From contig NEEC01000017.1 of assembly GCA_002189035.1 (NCBI GenBank), positions 682,001 to 746,000 of the forward strand: DNA of 64,000 nt, written 5' to 3'. The notes beneath the pieces were generated by a model. That model worked only from the letters and a program-made list of their open reading frames with translations, ran no database searches and had not been told where the DNA came from. The DNA comes from Utricularia gibba (Eukaryota > Plantae > Magnoliophyta). Both the position numbers and the translations under genes were made by a program. Shown here piece after piece: positions 24,682 to 38,364 of this stretch (position 1 is its first letter; each line of letters starts with the position of its first letter).

Positions 24682-27600
24682 CGGTCTTCTCACGTCAGTC
24701 CAAAGCAAGAAAGATGACGAAAAAAAAAAGAAATAAATAGAGCGGAAGAAACTGGGCCACGCCCCCCTTTTCTCACGTCCATCCATATCTTCTCGGCCCG
24801 GTTTTTAATTGGGCCCCCGACAAGGCATGTCTTGAAGCCCAGATTTCATTATTAAAAGACTAGAGATGGGCACGTGCCCAGCCCGAGAGTGCCAAGAAAC
24901 TTAAGTCAAGCAGAAGCTGGAGTTTTTTCTGAAATATTCCTATAATAAGGATTGGATTAAAGAAAGTAAGGCTGTAATGTTTTGAAAGTAAGCAAACGGG
25001 TGTAATGATTGTTATTCAGCATATATAAAATAACTACAAGGAAGCTTTTTTTATAGTTCATGATTACTTAGACCTAAAAGTGTGGAAATAAGACATGTCT
25101 CAATCCCTTTTTCTCAACTATTAAATTGACTATACTATATGCGGGTTTATGTGGTATCAATTATAAAATTACTTTAATCGTTATGTATAGACAAGTTTGT
25201 CATTTTTATTTTTTCTATACTTATCACCCTATTCTATTGATTGTCTCTTTTACTAAGGATAGTATATGTAAATATCATGTCAAATAATGAGGATCAATTT
25301 TAATCATTAATCATTGAGCAATGAACCCACAACATCAAACTATGAACCATTACTACTCATAACTTTGGGAGAAAAATCAAATGGATTTTTACTTTCAATT
25401 TTTACATGGGTTGCATGAAAGATAATCTTGTAGACAAATTTGTTGAATTAGTTGATATATGCACATGACAAAGGACAATAAATATTAACATCAAGCAGCC
25501 ATAATAACTGTAGATTTCATGTATTTTATAAACTCTAAAGAATATATAAATAACATAAATGTAAGTTCAATGAAAAATGTTTATTTAAAATAAGATAATT
25601 TATAATATATTTATATTTTTAATAAAATAATATCTCACTATATATGTATAAATATATTTTTTGAAAATAAAAAATTTTAGTTCTTCAATGGAACAACAAT
25701 TTTTTCAATCTTCAATTTGCTTACTTTTTCATGATATGATGAATATAGAAATGGATTGAGATGAAGCAATTTTCTTGCTTCTAATTATGATAGCAATTCT
25801 CATGTAAATTTTAAATGAGAGTTTTGAAGTCTTATTATGTAGCAAAAATTTTCATTTACTATCTAAAAAATTACAAAAAATGTAGCAATTACTCAAGAAC
25901 ATATCAAAAAATTATTAAGCTTATTCAAATTTCAAGTTTAGACACATTTGACATATTTTGAGTTTTACAATCACTTGAAAAAAATTTTCGTAATTGGAAG
26001 CATAATGCTGGTACTCACTACAAAGAACAAGATGAGATTGATGGATAGTCTAATGAAACTAAAACAAGTTAATGATTTTGAGTACATCTTTAAACATTTC
26101 TAGAAATATTGATATGGTTATCTAGAAACGTTTATTAACTTTACGGAAATCCTTAATTTAGTGAGAGTTAGATGTGTGGAAATGGAAAGGTGGAAGTCTC
26201 ATTTCTACAAGCAAACGAGGCTAAAAAAGCCTACGAAAATTTTAGCATCTCACTACTACTTCTTCAGTTTCCTTTCACGGCTCATCTCCAAACTTCTTCA
26301 AGTTGTGTTTTATTTCATTTCCATGCATTTTCCATTCTCCTTGCTTCTTGGTTTCTCTAGTTCCATTTTTTACTATTTAAAACATAGGTTTTCGTTCTTT
26401 CTCTACTATGTGAATTGTTTTGGTTTTTCTTTTTTGTTGTCGTGCTCTTCCATATTCTGCGTGAATTTTGTTCTCTGATCAAACTAACTTCTTTGCATTA
26501 CATTATTATGTATATCTATAATTCTAATATACTTGATAGTTGGATTCTTATTTATCATTTGATGCACTTTATTCTTATTATGTTATATATATTTATGATT
26601 TTTTAGTTAGATTTTTTTGTTATAGAATAATCACTAGAGTATTACAATTTCTAATACATGAAACTTCATTTTGGATGTATACATTAAGATAAATTGATCC
26701 TTGTTTTAATTTGAATAAATGTTAGTAAGAATCTAAATATATAAAAATTTACAAAAAAATAATTTTTGGAAAAAAAATTATGAATTACTAATATGAAGCT
26801 CCACATGTCATTTTACAAAACATGTATACAATAAGTAACTTGGAGGAGAATTTAATGAGTATTCTACTATACCTTCACAATTTTCTCTAAGTATTGAAAA
26901 AGAAAAGGTATATATATAGCACAAAAGACAGTGAAGTATAAACAATAAAAGAAATAATTGATAAATTTTATTAGTGTCATCAATGATGAATCATTTGGAT
27001 AATACAAAGATATTATCAACAATTTACATCATGAGTTTCAAAAAAAAAAAATTGATGTGAATATATAATCAATTATATTTCATAGATCATTGTTTAAAAA
27101 TATTTCAAAATAATTTAAATAAGATGAGCCTCGAATAAAAAAAATATAAAATGACATTTTATAGTATTACAAAGATTAAGAGTTTACTTATATCTCATGG
27201 CACTTCGAAAGATAAAAAAAAGATATTACATGTGTCAATCTCTCCGATTTGAATGACTGATTAGACTTTGAAGTATATATTGATAATTTTTTAAACTTGG
27301 AATAATCTATCTATTTTGAATTTGGTGTATGATTAAACTTTATTCATATTTGAATCAATTAAGTTGGTTGCTTATTGGAATAGATCATTAAAAGTGATGG
27401 ACAATAAACTAAGGAGAAGATGAATGAAATGAATAGGCACTAAAGTCGAAATATGTTGCTTGTGGGATTGTAGAAATAGACAAAGAGATAATAAAACCAA
27501 GAGAATAGTCAAATTGAATGATAGTAACAAGTAAATGATAGGAGATGAATGTTGAAATTAAAGAAAACAACAAGAAATATGTTGTTTGATAAAATAGATT

Positions 27601-28559
27601 AAATAAAGGAATGACAATAGACAAATAAAATTTAATAATTAATGATAGTAACAAGTGATAGTTGTTCATCTTCACATTCATTTTCTTTCACACCATTGAA
27701 ATTGATATTTAAGATGTTATTGATACTTAATTAAAATTGAATTTCGAGGTTTTCCTTAATGAACTTCCTTCGTCCTTTTTTTTTCCTTGCCAAAGCTTAA
27801 AATATGAAGAAGATCATGGCTGTCTTTGTTTTTTTTTTTTAATAACCAGAAAGAGAAAAAAAATTAAAAGAAGAACAAATTACTCATAAAGATAAGGATT
27901 CCAAAATTCTGATACCAAATGAGCTGATCATCTAATTTAAGAAGATTAACAACCCATGAATATGAGATGATTTGATGCTAGTAAAGAAACTTATTCAAGT
28001 CTACCCTCAATAGAATAATTCACTTACAATCAGACTATGAGAAAATTGGAAATTATGAGATAAACTTTAGAAAAGAAAGGTACTGAAAAGAATTAGATAT
28101 TTCAAACTTAGGAGTTTGATAAGTAAAAAGTGCTTAAGCATTCAAAGAAGATGAAATTCCTCACAAAATAAGTTAAAGGTACTACAAGAATACATGTTTA
28201 GAGTATTTATATTCTAAAATGAGACTCTATTATTATTAAGTTCAAATTAAATAAAAAAGAAGGCTAGCAAGTTTAATAGTAATTGAACTCTAAGATATAT
28301 ACATCTTCAAGTAATTGAACTTCTGTAATGACAAGTCGTCAAGTTCAAGTTTAATTTCAATAATATTGAGTAGAATCTTCAATGTAGTTTCAAGTATCTT
28401 ACTCTTGTTTCTTTTCATTGATCCTGTTGGAATAATCTTATTATCTAAAATATTCACTTGTGCAACATCCTCATATTTCATCAAATAATTTTCATGATCT
28501 TGATGGGATTCATCATATGAGAAGCAAAAAAACCCTCAAGATAACGATGGCCACACCAA

Positions 28560-29385
28560 TGTCTAGAGTGCAACCTTGAACTAAGACATAAAATGTTGGT
28601 GACTGATTATTTTTGCAATGATACAACTTACATAAATGAACAATTTCGCATAAGATTTTGAATGATAAATCTTTATTTGAAAGAATAGTTAAGATTTTTC
28701 AAATTCATGATTCGTTTTTTTAAGAAAATGTGGATTGTACTAATTGTATAGTGTTGAGTCCTTTGTAAAAATGCATGATTGTTATACATATATAAGTTTA
28801 TAATTCATGTGCTAATAGTGTAGATAAATATATTAGAATTAGAGAAGCAACAAGTCTCCAATATATTCATCTTTTTGTCATTGTTATTCGTATTTATTTT
28901 TTAGAATAATATTTAAGAGCCTCCACAATTGAAAACTTGGAACATTTGATTGCTCGGGAAGATCTCAAGGTTTTCTAGACATGATTGCTAATTTAGAATG
29001 TTTGTAAGTATTGAAAATGAAAAAAATTGTTCAATTGAATAACATGATCAATTAAGCGTGGAGATCATCGCAAACTGTCTTTTATGTTACAAGTGATAGT
29101 CTTTGTAGATATGTGGATTTGACATGTTTTTTTTTTTAAATGCCAAGTGCGAATGATGATCTCAAAATTTTATGTCATTATCTTTTATTCAATGAGTTGT
29201 GTAATAATGCATGTATTCATGAAATTTAGTATACTTTCATAAAGATAAAAAAACATAAAGTATACTTTTGAAATATTGCAAAGTCAATTCAAAATATTAA
29301 TATCTCTTACAAAATTTTGGAATCAAAAAATTTAATAGATATTATGTTTACATGCATCATATTGCATAATATAATTATTAAAAAT
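28560..29385 (+). mobile_element. Decayed PIF/Harbinger-type transposase relic
   Basis: Conceptual translation across stops and frameshifts gives MLVTDYFCNDTTY..FRIRF*M-KSLFERIV, LSPL*KC, ANSVDKYIRI, *YLRASTIENL, RGDHRK..MWI*HVFF and IMFTCIILHNII. These match the plant Harbinger transposase motifs in order. Confidence 0.8.
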
Positions 29386-29792
29386 AAAAGACATTTAATT
29401 CCTAAAAATATTAATATAAATGAGTATAATCAATACACAATAATTCAACCCCTAAAAGTTATAGAAATATTAATGTGAATATACAAAATTATCAAGTCAA
29501 ATAGAACATTCTCAATAGCAGTATCAATTGTCACATGAACAAAAATTTGATTAAACATATTTGAACAAGTTTTAATTAATATATTGTATGATTAATGATT
29601 ATTCAACAAATTTCATATTATATTTTATATTAGAAATATTTTAATATTATAAAATTTATGTTTTAAATTATAAAGAATATTTTTGAAAATTAATAAAAAA
29701 ATTAAAAAAACTTAATAAAAAAATCAATAAAGGTAAATTACAACAATATTTTCAAAAACCATTAACGATGTTTATCTAAATAGTATCATGTT

Positions 29793-30174
29793 GATGCTCT
29801 TATGAGATCTTGGGTTCACAATTATATTTCAATGGATTTGATCAATGGCTTTAAAAATGTCTGGTCCTCATAAGATTTGGAAATCATTAGAAAAACACTA
29901 TGGTCATACCAGTCTTTTGTTGATTTGAAACTGGCAAAGGGAAATGCCTGACCCTATGTTAGGAGAAAAATCATTAGCATAATATTTCACTCAATCACAT
30001 GCTCTATTTGATGGGATGGATGCTCTTGTTAGTTCATGTTGCAAGTAATAATCTAGTGCAACAACACAATTACGATTCAATGACACATATCAGACTACAA
30101 GAAAACAGACATTTATGATGGAGCCATCCCCTATTTTTGATAAGGCTTATTCCTTATCACTGCAGGCAGAACGG
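29793..30174 (+). mobile_element. Ty1/copia gag relic
   Basis: DALMRSWVHNYIS, KIWKSLEKHYG, WQREM..LGEKSLA*YFTQ..LFDGMDAL and MMEPSPIFDKAYSLSLQAER parallel copia gag consensus blocks (SWILNSIS, IWxxLKERF, QGSMSVxxYYTKLKxLWDEL, LMDPLPxINKAYSLxxQEE). Confidence 0.72.
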
Positions 30175-30642
30175 TGAATCTTGTAGTGAAAAACACAACT
30201 GATGTCATAAATAGAAACAATAAAAACCATTAGGTGGACAGAAGACAACTTTGTTTATCGTTGTTTACACTGGTGAACCTCCATCACCAATAATACATGT
30301 CGAACGATTACCTTTTACCATATATCAACAAGATGAATAAATCAATCGCACGGTACCTGGGGATGAATCTAGACTCCTAGAATGTGCGTCTATCTGATGA
30401 GCTTGATAGATTTATCTATGATCTAAGCATAGATAGGCAGCACTAAATTATTGCAAATTTCACTAAAACCCAGTTCAAGTCGGGGAGTTTCAATTGATTT
30501 GGACAATAAAGAATAAGCATTACCACGAGTCTACAAAACAAACAATGGGAAAATACAAAAGGAGTTAAGCAGTTCCATGTCTCAGTTTTGAGAAACAAAA
30601 AAAGGAATGTGGTGCACGAGTGAACTTCTAAAGATGCAACTT

Positions 30643-31155
30643 TCAGCGTTGGTTAAAGAGAGCTCTACCAACTATACCGGTAGCTTCGATGTAACGCTCT
30701 ACGCACCTGGAGATGCAGCTGCCCTCGCTTCCACTCAAACTGCTACCGGGTTTTGTGATACACTTATCGAGGCACTTCCCGCGAACAGTCTGGATCAAGA
30801 AAGCATTTTGATCATGAACCGATTGCAAAAATCACCAACAATTCGTGAATCAACGTCTTATAGATGAAATATAAGGTGTTCATGGACATCAACAGAAGTC
30901 AAGACAGGCAAACGAACGAGAAAGACCATAAATCCCTCCAGGGAGAAGCCAAAACCATGAGAAGCATCCACAAGACCCAGCATGCTTCAGAACATTGCCT
31001 TAATCAAAACAACCAAAAATTAGGAATTGAAGGGGTACCTCAAGAAACTCTTCTGCGTAAGCTTGAGCAAGCTGAGCCTTGAGTTGATCCATGAGATCCT
31101 CCTGCGAAATCTTCGAACCGGATAACTCAGAAGGCGTGGAGGAGAAGGAATCCAT
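30643..31155 (-). CDS. TIM13: Mitochondrial import inner membrane translocase subunit TIM13
   Basis: Exons 31155-31039 and 30789-30643. MDSFSS..QLAQAYAEEFLETVRGKCLDKCITKPGSSLSGSEGSCISRCVERY carries the twin CX3C motif. Confidence 0.96.
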
Positions 31156-31249
31156 TTGTTTCGTATCTGCTTCTCCTCGACTCCCTCCCTCTCCCTCAAA
31201 CCCTCCCGCGGAGCATAAACCCTTCCTCCCTTTGGGGAATCTTTCTTAG

Positions 31250-31270
31250 TGGGCCGACTACAATGGCCCG
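31250..31270. promoter_or_regulatory. Site II-like (TGGGCC) elements upstream of TIM13
   Basis: TGGGCC at 31250-31255 and GGCCCG at 31265-31270, about 100 bp upstream of the TIM13 ATG. Site II/TCP motifs are typical of mitochondrial-protein promoters; motif match only. Confidence 0.35.
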
Positions 31271-31635
31271 CTATAACATAACAAAGAGCCCGAAAACACT
31301 TTTAATAAATAAAATAAAAAATATTAATAATGTAAGAAATCTAGGACATACTCTCGTTAAAAATATTTTTCGAGAAATATTTTAATAAATTAAAAATTGA
31401 TATTAATGTATTTTTAATTTATTTTAAAAATTATATAGTTTCTTAGAGCTGCATTTGTGTGATTAGGCCCACGTTTTTGTGCGTTTCTTTTTATTTTAAA
31501 AGAATTAAAAAATTTTGAAAATAATATGAAAAACAATTTTCCTCACTATACCAAAAAAATGCACCCTGCCTACTTAAAGCCTTTTTTAACACACAGTTAA
31601 GGAGGGAAGCTGAACCGCCTTGTCTAGGAGCGAGG

Positions 31636-32394
31636 ATGCCGTCTCCTTCGTCATCTCCTCCCCAACTCTCGGATAACCGAGTGGCCGATACACAGCTTCG
31701 AAGTGGAGGCGGCGTCGTTTCGTCGCGAGAACACATGTTCGATAAAGTGGTCACCCCCAGCGACGTCGGAAAGCTGAATCGCCTTGTGATCCCCAAACAG
31801 CACGCTCAGAAATACTTCCCTTTGGATGTGTCCACAAGCGACAAGGGACATCTGCTGAGCTTCGAGGACGGCTGTGGGAAGAAGTGGCGGTTTCGGTACT
31901 CCTACTGGAGCAGCAGCCAGAGCTACGTGATGACCAAGGGCTGGAACAGGTTCGTCAAGGAGAAGGGCCTGGACGCCGGTGATGTTGTCTCCTTCGGCAG
32001 AGGGGTGGATGAGATGGGGAAAGAAATCCTGTTCATCGGCTGCCGACGGCGAGCAAGTGAGCCTCAGATGCCGGTATACACTTTCTCCCTTTCCCCGATG
32101 CTGCGTCCGTGGAGCCCCCTCGTCCTTCACCAGCCATGGATGTTTACAAATTCGGGTGTTCTGTGTGGCCCATCGGGAATGCAGCCGGTGGTGCTGAACT
32201 CAGTGCCTCTGGTCCAACGCGAAGCAGCGGTGAAGAAGAGAGTGAGGCTGTTCGGCGTAGACTTCGAGTGTCCCCTTCCCGAGCCGTGTCCGACGCTTCC
32301 ATTGCTCCATCAACTTCCTTCACCCGGTTCGGATTCCGTTCGGTTTGATCTATGGAAGGGAAAGGATTCCATATCCTCGGACGTGGACATCTAA
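31636..32394 (+). CDS. B3-domain transcriptional repressor, RAV/NGATHA-like (no AP2 domain)
   Basis: Single 252-aa ORF with [54 protein letters not shown] and the RLFGV repression motif. Confidence 0.93.
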   Translation: MPSPSSSPPQLSDNRVADTQLRSGGGVVSSREHMFDKVVTPSDVGKLNRLVIPKQHAQKYFPLDVSTSDKGHLLSFEDGCGKKWRFRYSYWSSSQSYVMTKGWNRFVKEKGLDAGDVVSFGRGVDEMGKEILFIGCRRRASEPQMPVYTFSLSPMLRPWSPLVLHQPWMFTNSGVLCGPSGMQPVVLNSVPLVQREAAVKKRVRLFGVDFECPLPEPCPTLPLLHQLPSPGSDSVRFDLWKGKDSISSDVDI

Positions 32395-34370
32395 ACCGGT
32401 TTCTTTTTGTTCCTTTTTTTTTAAAAAAAATATAAGTTAATATATGCCATTTTGAAAAAAAAAAAAAGTATGCGTATACAACAATAATTATTATTAAAAA
32501 AACAGGCAAAAAGTTGGTTTACCCAACCATACTACTAAAAAATTTTATAAACTCAATTTCTGTAATTATTTCTCAATTAAAATCCTCATTTTCGTAAAGT
32601 CTAAAAATTAATTGTTTCCATGAAAATAATACAATTGGGACAATTAAATTAGTGCAATAAAATGCGTGGGAATCTAGCGCAGACTTTATAATTGGACAAT
32701 GTAATAATGTGTTTCAATCATCAAATGTTCCTCTTTCTTTCTGGTCCTTAGGGTTAGGCTCTGGATTGGGAGACCATAATTTATATGCTGGAGAGGGGGC
32801 GCGCCTATAACTACCATCTGTAGCCAGACTGTCCGCACGTGATCGATCATATGACTATTTATGTGGAAATTTTTTTATTACTAAAAAATTAATCCTGATA
32901 AATATATTCGGTATCAATATATCTATATGGATATTAACTTTAGTATTATTTTTTTCCGATTTCAGATTTCAATAAATATTAAAAATTCCAATTTTTTTAA
33001 ACAAATTTCAATAAATATGATTCATACGAGGAAACCACATTCAATTTCAAATAGTCGATTATTAATGCCCCCCGATTCGCATACATAATTTAATTATTTC
33101 CTCTTCAACTCGCATGGGATAGTGCTAACAATGACGAGGGCCATGAAATAATTTTATAAATATTATTTTGAATTATGTAGAATAATAATGAAAGCAGTTA
33201 TGAATTCCACACAAATTAGTATTTAAAAAATCATGATTGACTCGCTTTGTGCTATGAAACATTTATAGTATAGGTTAGTTTTCGATAGAACTGTGATTGA
33301 ACCATTTTGGTCGTGAACCATTCAATGGTTTCTATTATATACAATAAATAATTTAAAAACACATGAATATGCTTTGAAAGAAATTTTATTTATCGTTTAT
33401 TGGATAAAAAATGTATAATTAAATATAATGAAAATTGCAAAATAATACCTTAAGTTTTAATCAATATAAAGAATCTAACTCTTCAATTCATAATTGTAAA
33501 CAAGATACATCAAGTTGTCAACACCATTCATGTAATGCCCAAAAGGTTTTTTCAAACTTTTCGACCGTTGATCGATTTACGATATCATAAACCAATTTTA
33601 ATTTCACATCCAGCAAAATTTTATAATAAGACTTTTCACATTTGCACATGAAGTTTGGCAAATCAAAATCCTTTGTTAGGATTGTGTTGCATTTGCATAT
33701 CTTGATTTTTGAAATTTGACAAGAGTAAAACTATTAGAGGAGAAAGAATATAAATTGTAAATATTGTTTATAATGATGCACTATTGTTTATAACGATGCA
33801 CTATTAAAATGATATTAGGGGTCAAAATCGATTAATTTTAGCAATATGTAGAGTTAAATATATAATTTTATAAGTTTGGAGATAAATTATTTACAAAAAA
33901 ATGTAAATTAAAGAAATTATGATACAGTTTTAAAATTTAAGAGTTAAATTTTTTATATGATTATAATTTGATGTGACACTGACAAATCACACCCATTGAA
34001 TATATATACAATATTACTAAAATACACATAATAAGTAGTTGAAGAAAAAAATTTGAAAATTACTAGGATAATATTTTATTTTGCAATTATAAATTTATGT
34101 TTCATTATGAATATAAATTTAAATACAAATTTTGATTAAATATATGATTCTTAATATTAAATATCATTTTTTATCAAATATCTAATTAAAACGTTGGCAC
34201 AAATAGATTTATGATGATTCTGAGGCTAGTATACTTCAGGTTTCTAAAATTAGAATGAATGGTTATTGAGCACGAGTTTGGTATTTACTATTTACATCAC
34301 ATGTCGGACATGTACAAAGGAAGGCGGCGGGCGGGCAGCCCGGTAACTGGACTGCGCTGCACTTTGTGCG

Positions 34371-34969
34371 CTACATGATGGCGCAGGCGTGGACGTTGTC
34401 CTCGTTGAACATATTAGTGACCCGGTCGTCGCCGCGGGCGGTCGGGTGGAGGTTGCCGTGTCGGTCGGCGGCATTGTAGCCGTGTCGCCAGTAGTTATAC
34501 GTGTCCCTGAAATCGGCGGCCGAGTCCTTGTAGTACTGCTTAGTCGACGTGAAGTAAAGCGGCGGATTCGGGTGCGGCCAGAACTCCGCCCTTTTGCCCG
34601 CCTTCCTCAGCGCCTTCAGCACCTTGTTCCGTTCCACGTATCCCGTCACCGTCACCTTCTCCATGCTCACCTGCACTTCGACGGACTCCACACCTGCAAC
34701 TCTTTTTACTCTCATTTTTTTATTATACGGATTTTGCAGTGAATTCAGTGGAGTAACAGCAGACCTCTCAGCCTGTTAATGGCGTCCTTGACAACTCTTT
34801 CGCACCCGGCGCAGCACATCCTCACCTTCAGCTCCACAGTCTGCGGGTTCAAAGCATAATTTCACATTCAAACAACTTCGAACTTGACTGGTAAATATTC
34901 CAGGCGTCCTACAATCAAAATCCGGCATGGTAATGGAACCTGGAGGGCGAGTTGGCGAGCTTTGGGCAT
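34371..34969 (-). CDS. Heavy-metal-associated isoprenylated plant protein (HIPP, HMA domain plus CaaX)
   Basis: Exons 34969-34940, 34840-34765 and 34693-34371 give MPKARQLALQTVELKVRMCCAGCERVV..KAEFWP..MFNEDNVHACAIM*, with CaaX = CAIM. The true start could lie further upstream. Confidence 0.9.
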
Positions 34970-37900
34970 GTCGGGCGTTGCTCTTCTCAAACCAGGCGGC
35001 GAAGAAAGAAACTTGGTATGCGGCAGAGGCAGTGGTAAGTGTTGAGATAACTATAAAGAAGCGAGAGAAAGCAGAAAGTATTCGCTGAAAAAAGGCACCC
35101 CGTTGCTTCATAGTGTTGCCGAATCTTGATATTCCCGTTTACCAACACAGAGTCCTGATATGATCCATCCATTCCATTCCAGAAAACCTGATTTCCGCCC
35201 ATCGCATTTCTGAATCCATGGGGAGAGCAAAGCAAACCCCATCACAACTCCTCCTACGGCCACACATTCCCGTTTACGATACAAAATATTCACCGGAATT
35301 GTTCCTTTTGGAATCCAATCTTGCAATTGATGAGCCGGGCCCCTTCTAAAAACCATGATTAATTAGAGTGAAGGAGCATATTTTGAAGTGCATTGTTCCA
35401 GGGAATCAAATGCAGGAATCTCTTTTTGAATTGATCACTCCCAAACAGCACTTATCTGGCTTTTACTTGAGTAACGGAGACGCCAACACGGGGAATCTAA
35501 GCCTGATTAAGATTTCCGTTACCTGTGGGAGAAGGACAGCAGCTTATTTCGACATAGATATAAGTCACAGACATTAACAGCCTTTCTGCAAGAAGGTATT
35601 TTTTTGCCTGCTGTACCCTGAGCAAGCCTGTACAAGAAGAACAACTTCCCTGGTTTGTCTGTCACTATTCTACACCTCTTAGAAGAAGAATTCCACATCA
35701 ACTAATATAACCTTGCGTTGTTTTTAGTGATTTTTGTAGCTACAAATACAATCATTTGAATTTTCATCCATTTACGCAAGGGACGATTTTCTGCTGAGAT
35801 GGGGAATACCCGGTTGTCGTTGCTGTGTGGATAATCATTGTGTCGAATATATTCAATTATTCAAGAATTACTTCCCTAAACTGCTTCTTGATCTAGTCAA
35901 AAATGGTTATTATATTTTATTTGTGTGAGGATGCAATAAAGTAACGACAAAATATTCTTTTTACATGGAATCAAAACTTGGAGGAAATCGTGAGATTGGT
36001 TGGAATCTAGAGTATAATATGGGTTGTAGTTGAGTGTAGTAACATACTCGGTTGGAACCGAGTGTGGTGTCTAAAGTTATCTTCCCAAACATGAAGAATC
36101 GGAACATGATCTAAGTTGCTCTACTCGTGTTAAGTGGAATCAAGTATACATACAACACATTCCCTCATCAGTATGTTCTAACATACCCATGTATACAGTT
36201 GATCTAGAGCGATAATGACAATTAAGCCATCATTTTGTATTCATAATCGTTTGCTCTATTTATACATTCTCTTGTAATCATTTTCTATACTTTAAAAATG
36301 TGCTTTTTCATTACGTGTTACTGTTGAAATACATTGCATCTCATTTTGTGTTTGGTATCCAAGTATTTGATTTTTGACATGGATTGAATGGTCAAAATGA
36401 GTTTTGTATGGATTCAAATTTTGAATAAAAAATAAAAATATATATTAAATTTAGACAACAAAAATTAGATTAATTTATGATTGAATATAGTTCTTATAAT
36501 CACAAAAACAAACAAAAATCTTAACCATATGAAAGATCAATTTGATGGTAAGTATTAGAACAATTAATCTCAAAGTAGTAAATTGAAAATGAAATATTCA
36601 ATTATATGAAAAATTATAAATTACTAGTAATTAATTGGGCATAATTTTTCTAATGTATTTCATATTTATTATGTAATTGAATTTCACGTATATTCGTCTG
36701 ATCCACCGGATTTTTAATTTGAAGAGCATGGTCTTAGTCTTGGTGTTGGGTTGGAGCAAAGTGAATAGAAGGTGGGTCGATACCTAGTGCACAGTTTGGA
36801 GGAGGAGAGAGGCTGAGGCCCGAGGTCGAAGGGACTTGGTGGTATCGAGTGTCACCTCACATTTAACATAAAAATTGTATTTAATTAATAAGTTTTGTTT
36901 ATTGAAATAGCGTATTTAGTTAATAGGTTTACAAATTAAATTTATACTTATTTATTACCTTCAATATTTCCCTGTTAGTTATGGTTTTTATGAATTAATG
37001 TGTATGTGTTTAAATAGGATTTAGAAAATCATGTGTGTTTAGTTTATCTTTCAAAAAAAATTATTAAATTAAAGATAATCAAGATTTTAATATGAATACC
37101 AAACAAGGCTTAAATGTTCCAACACTCAATAATGATGAAGAATGAAGAAGGGTGAAAAAGGTATGTGGAGGCGAGGAAAATGGAGAATAAGTGGTGTATC
37201 TTTTACCAAAATATCCTTGATCATACATATCTTTTGTATTTTATTCTGTTTTTCACCGTTTTTTTTACATAGTTTGTTTACATTTCAGAATCCAAAATTT
37301 TATGGGTTTCCATGTGCCCACCTCTAATTACAAATTTGGATTCGATCCCATTCATCTTAACTGTTTTTCAAATTGGTACGATTAATCCTAACATTTAATG
37401 AAAATAATATAATTATATTAAATTTACATATTTAATTCCCATATTTTGACATATTTAATCATCACATTTGACGTATCGACCATATTTAATTTTCAATCTT
37501 CGTTAATTTAATCATTTTAGGTCTCAATGTTATAATTAATAGTTATAATTGATCTTCAACATTTAAAACTAGATATATATTTTTGGTACTCATTTTTCAT
37601 AATTTGATAATAATTTCCATTTTTTTCCTCCGACCGCCCGCCCTTCTTGCCCGCCGGTCAGCTGCCTGCACGGGGATCAATTGAAAATCAATTGCATCAT
37701 TTGTGTAAATAGTAAATATTATTTTAGACTCAACCAAATATTGTAAATGTCATCTACTTTTTACGTCTTATGGTTGTATAGGTGATTCTATTGACATGAA
37801 ACCGTTGTCTACTCTAAGACTTCTACAATTCAATTACTATTCAAATCATTGTTATTCTATTTTGATCCCTATCGATCCATCCGTATGTTGCAGATTGTCA

Positions 37901-38364
37901 AAATCTGTTTTTCTCATCCCAACTAATTTGGTACTCTGATTTTCTTCCAAATTATATATGAATTTACTTTCATTATTTTCATGTGGTATTTACCGATTTC
38001 TATGATCCATCAATCAGTACATATCGATTTAGTGTTTTATCATAATTGAAATCAATTATGAATGGTTTAAAATAATAGAAATTGAAACATTATTTATATC
38101 AATTATAACATTTAAACAAATAGGAAGGACCATTCGCGTAATTTTCGCATTATAAATTAGTAGGTCCATGCAATAGAATAGACCATTTTTGAAGCAAGCC
38201 ATGCTCCCTTTAGCTTTGGAGAGGCTTGTTCCATGCGTAGTACAAGGGACCTCTCAAGAAAGGAATAATACCTACCTCCTCCTCGGCCCTTGTTTTCAGG
38301 ACAGAATCCTCTCTTTTCGCTTCTTTAAATCGCAGAGCGGTTGCTGCTACAACTTCGCCCAGTC

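Noticed and set aside
31651-32509. Long antisense ORFs over the B3 gene (also over 38325-38900, 40790-41272 and 53612-53896)
   Set aside because: Shadow ORFs of GC-rich or repetitive coding sequence on the opposite strand.
34776-35701. ORFs upstream of the HIPP gene (MKQRGAFFQR.., MMWNSSSKR..)
   Set aside because: Out of frame with the HMA exons and with no recognisable homology. They could be leader sequence or another frameshifted N-terminus, but neither is supportable.
36046-36063. Inverted repeat ACTCGGTT-GG-AACCGAGT
   Set aside because: An 8-bp stem with a 2-nt loop, isolated; expected by chance in 64 kb.
37320-37720. MITE-like AT-rich stretch with a GC-rich core (similar stretches at 33800-33960 and 51560-51660)
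   Set aside because: Could not identify matching TIRs or a TSD by eye.
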